Source: an uncultured Chromatiaceae bacterium (GTDB lineage Bacteria > Pseudomonadota > Gammaproteobacteria > Enterobacterales > Alteromonadaceae). Taken from it: 64,000 nt of DNA. The stretch covers positions 28,126 to 92,125 of the forward strand of contig CAXBHB010000011.1 of assembly GCA_963975465.1 (NCBI GenBank), read 5' to 3'. The translations under genes were made by a program, and so were the position numbers. The notes below the pieces were generated by a model that searched no databases, had not been told where the DNA came from, and saw nothing but the letters and a program-made list of their open reading frames with translations. Positions 60,117 through 64,000 of this stretch are shown in pieces (position 1 is the stretch's first letter; the number at the start of each line of letters is the position of its first letter).

Positions 60117-61261
60117 AATCTAAAGTTGTCTTTGCAGTGCTTAGTACCCTGGTATTGCTAAGCAGTAATCAAACTCTGGCTGACAATATTGCAGCCGAGC
60201 GCTGGTTTGAAGTAGAGCTGATCGTGTTCAGCCAGGCAGATAGCAGTAATCTGAAAGAGCAGTTTAATGAAGCCGTTAAGCCAATACGGTTAGGCAATAG
60301 TATCGACTTGGTAACCGCTTATTATCAACCCGATATTGAGCCCATGTTACACAGTTTAGAGAATTGCTCCGGCACAACTGATACGCCTGAGCAGTTTTTG
60401 CCAGCCGCGCTGCGTAATTGGCAACAGTGGCAGGTGCCGTTTTACCCACTATTTTGCCTCAGTGAACCTGTTATGCCGGCGTGGTATAGCAATCACTTAT
60501 TCAGACAGCGCCAGCTCGATACGACTTTACCCATGCCAGCCAGGCTGCCAGTTAGACTGGCGGCAAAAAATGATAATCACCAGGCTGTACCCTACCTGGC
60601 GCCCGAGTCAGCGTTTCAATTAACCGAGCTTGCCAGCAAAATTTCCCGCCAGCCAAATAAGCAGCTTATGTTACACACAGTATGGCGTCAGGCGCCGGTG
60701 ACAGAGCAGTTAGCCGTGCCCAGTCGCTGGTTTGCCGGTGAAGATTATTCAGAACTCGTTGATTACTGGGGCCAACAACGCAATGAAATAATTGACCCGG
60801 TGTCAGAGCAAACCGTGACCAATGCTTTTCAGACAGCGGCGCAGGACGAGCTGTTTGATGCTATAGATACCTTGTTAGCGCAGCTTAATGCGGCAGGTAA
60901 ACTAGAGAGCCTTGACAGCAATGAACAGGAGCTGCGCCAAAACAGCGACAACCTGTCAAACCTGCCTGCTGACATCTGGCAACTTGATGGTTTATTTAAA
61001 TTACACTTAGACCACTATCTATTTGTTAATACAGAGTTTAATTTGCGAAGGCCAGCCACTGACAAACCACTGAACAGTATTAATATTAAGCAGCGGCGGC
61101 GGGTAATAAGCGGTGAAGTGCATTATCTTGACCACCCTCAGCTAGGCATGGTGTTGCAAATCCGGCGCTTTGAGGTGCCGCTTACCGACGCAGATGATGA
61201 AGCTGAAAATGTACCGGAGCAAGCTGATCAGGCGGCAGTATCAGCGGCTAACAATGATTAG
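60113..61261 (+). CDS. csiV: periplasmic CsiV-family protein (peptidoglycan-associated)
   Basis: 382 aa with a signal peptide (..SNQTLA|DN) and an ERWFEVELIVFSQ start of the mature protein. The ATGA overlap with mfd reproduces the mfd-csiV arrangement I recall from Vibrio. Confidence 0.55.
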   Translation: MKSKVVFAVLSTLVLLSSNQTLADNIAAERWFEVELIVFSQADSSNLKEQFNEAVKPIRLGNSIDLVTAYYQPDIEPMLHSLENCSGTTDTPEQFLPAALRNWQQWQVPFYPLFCLSEPVMPAWYSNHLFRQRQLDTTLPMPARLPVRLAAKNDNHQAVPYLAPESAFQLTELASKISRQPNKQLMLHTVWRQAPVTEQLAVPSRWFAGEDYSELVDYWGQQRNEIIDPVSEQTVTNAFQTAAQDELFDAIDTLLAQLNAAGKLESLDSNEQELRQNSDNLSNLPADIWQLDGLFKLHLDHYLFVNTEFNLRRPATDKPLNSINIKQRRRVISGEVHYLDHPQLGMVLQIRRFEVPLTDADDEAENVPEQADQAAVSAANND

Positions 61262-61389
61262 TGGCTGTTGCTTTATTTAATAAAGGTACTAAACTAGCTG
61301 CCACGTTACATTTTTATACAAATAACAACGGGTAAGTAACATGGTTTTTTCTTACATTACCAGAACCCGTTAAGCAAAGTCAGAGATCA

Positions 61390-61668
61390 ATGGACGATTT
61401 AAATTTAAATCCTGAGTTTACCCCGACGCATTATGTACTGCTGTTTTTGCTACTGATTATTGCCAGCGCCGGTAATAATATTCTGAGCTGGTTGCTACCC
61501 GATACAGCCAACTCATTGTGGCTTGATGTTTTACCACCACTGCTGGGTTTATACTGCCTGTTATTATTGTTTAAAGGCATGGGGATTATTCGTTTGCCTT
61601 CCACTGCCGTCTACTCAGCCATAATTACCCCGGTTACCCTGCTAAGCTTTTATCAATTTTTGCTGTAG
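61390..61668 (+). CDS. hypothetical small membrane protein
   Basis: 92 aa with three hydrophobic segments. No recognisable family. Confidence 0.4.
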   Translation: MDDLNLNPEFTPTHYVLLFLLLIIASAGNNILSWLLPDTANSLWLDVLPPLLGLYCLLLLFKGMGIIRLPSTAVYSAIITPVTLLSFYQFLL

Positions 61669-61729
61669 CACGTTATCACGTCAGGCGTTTTAGGGTATCA
61701 TGCGCCCTTCACAATACTGAGGATAACAG

Positions 61730-62665
61730 ATGTCAATTAACTGGTTTCCGGGCCATATGCACAAGGCCCGTAAAGAAATTGCTGAGGTCATGCCTCAGGT
61801 TGATATCATTATCGAAATGCTCGATGCCCGTATCCCCTTCTCCAGTGAAAACCCTTTAGTACCCCAATTACGTGGCAATACGCCCTGCATTAAAGTATTG
61901 AATAAAGCCGACTTAGCCGATCCGGCGCTGACAGCGGTCTGGGTTGCTCACTTTGAACAACAAAGTGGCGTACGGGCTATTCCCATTAGTCAGCAACACC
62001 CGGAACAAATTAAAGCGTTGTTAAAGCTATGCAACGACATGCTACCCGAGCGCAACCTGGAAGTGCGCCCGGCCCGCGCCATGATTATGGGTATCCCGAA
62101 CGTCGGCAAATCAACGTTAATTAATACTCTGGCCGGACGCACTATTGCCAAAACCGGTAACGAAGCTGGCGTGACCAAAGCTCAGCAACGGATCAAGCTG
62201 GAAAACAACGTTATTTTAACTGACACCCCAGGGTTTTTATGGCCCAAACTCAGCCCGCCCACTTGCGGCTACCGGCTGGCGGTAACCGGCGCTATTAAAG
62301 ATACTGTGTTTGAATACGCCGATATTGCCCTGTTTGCCGCAGACTATTTGTTGCAAGTGTATTCCAGAGAAGTAATGCAGCGTTTTGACTTAACCGAGCA
62401 ACCAGACAGCGACCTCGCGTTACTGGATGCGATTGGGGTGCGCCGTGGCTGCATGCGCAAAGGCGGCATTGTCGATTTAGAAAAAGCCGGTACTATCCTG
62501 ATCACCGAGTTACGGGCTGGCAATTTGGGGCCCATTACCCTGGAAACCCCTGATATGGTCAGTCAGGAACAAATTGATGCTAAAGCAGAAGAGGCCGCTA
62601 AGTCGAAAGATAAAGCTGAACGCGAAGCTGAACGCAAGCGCAAAGCACAGCGCAAATACCGCTGA
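61730..62665 (+). CDS. ylqF: ribosome biogenesis GTPase A (YlqF/RbgA, circularly permuted GTPase)
   Basis: 311 aa. It reads WFPGHMHKARKEI, with the G motifs in permuted order: NKADL (G4), then GIPNVGKST (G1), then DTPG (G3). Confidence 0.9.
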   Translation: MSINWFPGHMHKARKEIAEVMPQVDIIIEMLDARIPFSSENPLVPQLRGNTPCIKVLNKADLADPALTAVWVAHFEQQSGVRAIPISQQHPEQIKALLKLCNDMLPERNLEVRPARAMIMGIPNVGKSTLINTLAGRTIAKTGNEAGVTKAQQRIKLENNVILTDTPGFLWPKLSPPTCGYRLAVTGAIKDTVFEYADIALFAADYLLQVYSREVMQRFDLTEQPDSDLALLDAIGVRRGCMRKGGIVDLEKAGTILITELRAGNLGPITLETPDMVSQEQIDAKAEEAAKSKDKAEREAERKRKAQRKYR

Positions 62666-62722
62666 TGTGCCATGTTTTAACTTTAGCCGGCAGTCATGTC
62701 CGGTCGCATCGATAAGGAAAGC

Positions 62723-62977
62723 ATGCTAGGTCAATCATTGGGTAAAGTATTACTATTACTGATAATGCTGAATCATGCTGTGATGGCTTGTGATGCCTTA
62801 GTCGTGCATATGCCTGATCATGATCATTCCTATACCAGCCTGAGCGATAGCCACAGTCTGTCTGAATTCACCCGGCATGCCACTGAACCTGGCTTTGAGC
62901 CACTGACTGAACCTGCTTCTTTCCAAAGTAATGAGCATCTTACAGAGCAACATAGCGAGCACGCTCATGTTACCTGA
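62723..62977 (+). CDS. His-rich small secreted/membrane protein upstream of czcC (possibly CzcI/DUF2946-like); the frame stays open in phase beyond its TGA to 63097
   Basis: AAGGAA lies upstream of ATG 62723. The sequence is MLGQSLGKVLLLLIMLNHAVMA... followed by HMPDHDHS...HSEHAHVT. After TGA (62975-62977) the same frame reads YISFFYGIELLNFTNSVVTSSTPALNLISYSPPVPPPNA, then a stop. Confidence 0.45.
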   Translation: MLGQSLGKVLLLLIMLNHAVMACDALVVHMPDHDHSYTSLSDSHSLSEFTRHATEPGFEPLTEPASFQSNEHLTEQHSEHAHVT

Positions 62978-63146
62978 TATATCTCATTTTTTTATGGTAT
63001 TGAGCTGCTTAATTTTACCAATAGCGTTGTCACAAGCAGCACTCCTGCTTTAAATCTTATAAGCTACAGCCCTCCCGTACCGCCACCCAACGCCTGATCC
63101 TGCGATTTATCATTTTTACCACTGATTAATTAACAGGAGCATACCT

Positions 63147-64000
63147 ATGCGTATGATTTTTTTGCTGCCGGTTTGGCTGGTAGCACTTAGTTGTTCTGCT
63201 TTGCTTAAGGCAGAACAGCTGCAAACTATTGCATTGCCTCAAGCCTTGCAACGAACCTTACAAAATGACACGACCCTGCAGGCATTTCCGTATCATCTGC
63301 GGATGGCTGAAGCTCAGCAACTTCAGGCGTCCATTACCCCCAACCCGGAACTGAATGTCTCACTTGAAAATGTGCTGGGCAGCGGTGAGCAGCGCGGGGT
63401 AAGCGGGGCTGAACTTACCCTGAGCTTAAGCCAGCAAATTGAGCTGGGGCAAAAACGGGAGCGCCGGATAGAGCTGGCACAGCGGCAAAGCCAGCTGCAA
63501 CGCGATAAGTATGAACTGGCCAGGCTGGATGCCCTGGCAACGACAACGCTGCAATACCTGGAGTTATTACGACTGCAACATTTGCAGCAATGGGCCAGCG
63601 CAAAAATCAGCCGCGAACAAGCCCTGCTAACCACGGCGCAACTGCGCAGCAAAGCCGGTAATCTGCTGGATGCAGATATCAGCCGGATAAAACTGCGCCT
63701 GATACGAAGCCAGATTGAACTGGCCGATATCAAACAGTCTTTTGAAGGTTTCCGCTACCGGTTAGCAGCAAGATGGCATGCTATGCCTGATTTTAATCAG
63801 GTGGCAGGCGATTTGGCTAGGCTACCGTCAATACCAGAATTGCCTGCTCTGCAAAGTCAGCTGCAGCAAAGCGCAGCGCTACAACGTTACATTACTCTAC
63901 AACGTATTGCTGAAAGTCAGCTGCGTTTGACTAAAGCCAACAGCCAAGCAGACATTCGGCTGTCGGCCGGCATAAAACGCAACCAGCTTACCCATGATAA
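63147..64000 (+). CDS. czcC: TolC-family outer-membrane efflux protein, CzcC type (5' part; runs off the right edge)
   Basis: It is not in the ORF track because the window contains no stop codon for it. AGGAG lies upstream of ATG 63147. Translation reads MRMIFLLPVWLVALSCSALLKAEQLQTIALPQALQRTLQNDTTLQAF...PNPELNVSLENVLGSGE...ELTLSLSQQIELGQKRERRIELA, typical of the OMF components of heavy-metal RND systems. Confidence 0.8.
   Translation, partial: MRMIFLLPVWLVALSCSALLKAEQLQTIALPQALQRTLQNDTTLQAFPYHLRMAEAQQLQASITPNPELNVSLENVLGSGEQRGVSGAELTLSLSQQIELGQKRERRIELAQRQSQLQRDKYELARLDALATTTLQYLELLRLQHLQQWASAKISREQALLTTAQLRSKAGNLLDADISRIKLRLIRSQIELADIKQSFEGFRYRLAARWHAMPDFNQVAGDLARLPSIPELPALQSQLQQSAALQRYITLQRIAESQLRLTKANSQADIRLSAGIKRNQLTHD

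Noticed and set aside
62975-62977. The in-frame TGA in the His-rich ORF, considered as a possible selenocysteine codon.
   Set aside because: The sequence immediately downstream (tatatctcatttttttatgg...) is AT-rich and forms no SECIS-like stem-loop. No selenoprotein family is recognisable.
63323-63733. A 136-aa minus-strand ORF near the right edge of the window.
   Set aside because: It is antisense to the clearly CzcC-like plus-strand frame. That frame is missing from the ORF track only because it has no stop codon within the window.
1-64000. A search by eye across the whole window for CRISPR arrays, IS/transposase or integrase genes, tRNA/rRNA genes, toxin-antitoxin pairs and long direct or inverted repeats.
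   Set aside because: None were found. Intergenic regions are short and are accounted for by promoters, terminators and the rne leader. A computational repeat scan and a tRNA scan would still be needed to exclude small elements.

Overview
This is a gammaproteobacterial core-genome window; gene order resembles Vibrio, Shewanella and Alteromonas. It is almost fully coding, and I found no tRNA/rRNA, CRISPR, transposase, integrase or prophage signal.

Gene content from left to right:
- Lipid synthesis and nearby genes: fabG(partial)-fabD-fabH-plsX-rpmF-yceD, maf, a HAD phosphatase and rluC.
- rne with a long leader, followed by a porin.
- An acetate-switch cluster: acs, crbR, crbS, DUF4212 and a Na+/solute symporter, then a hypothetical protein, a DUF294 nucleotidyltransferase and a DEDDh exonuclease.
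- A DUF1456 plus bacterial-PH-domain operon.
- efp-earP, two unknown genes and lysE.
- glnS, then sdhCDAB-sucABCD with divergent gltA.
- csdA-csdE, convergent with tcdA, an RluA-like gene, kdsB and ycaR, then lpxK-msbA-comEC.
- DUF2062, lolCDE, a PilZ-like protein, mfd-csiV and ylqF.
- The start of a czc-type metal efflux cluster.

I see no clear novel multi-gene system. The points most worth a second look are:
- Three apparent single-base lesions in otherwise intact genes: an in-frame TAA in essential kdsB, an ATA where the lolC initiator Met is expected, and an in-frame TGA in a His-rich protein upstream of czcC.
- The conserved but functionally unassigned pair of a cNMP/CBS/DUF294 nucleotidyltransferase and an exonuclease, attached to the acetate cluster.
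- An uncharacterised, translationally coupled two-gene cassette next to earP.
- A DUF1456/bPH three-gene operon.

All homology statements come from reading the translations and from remembered family motifs. No searches were run.
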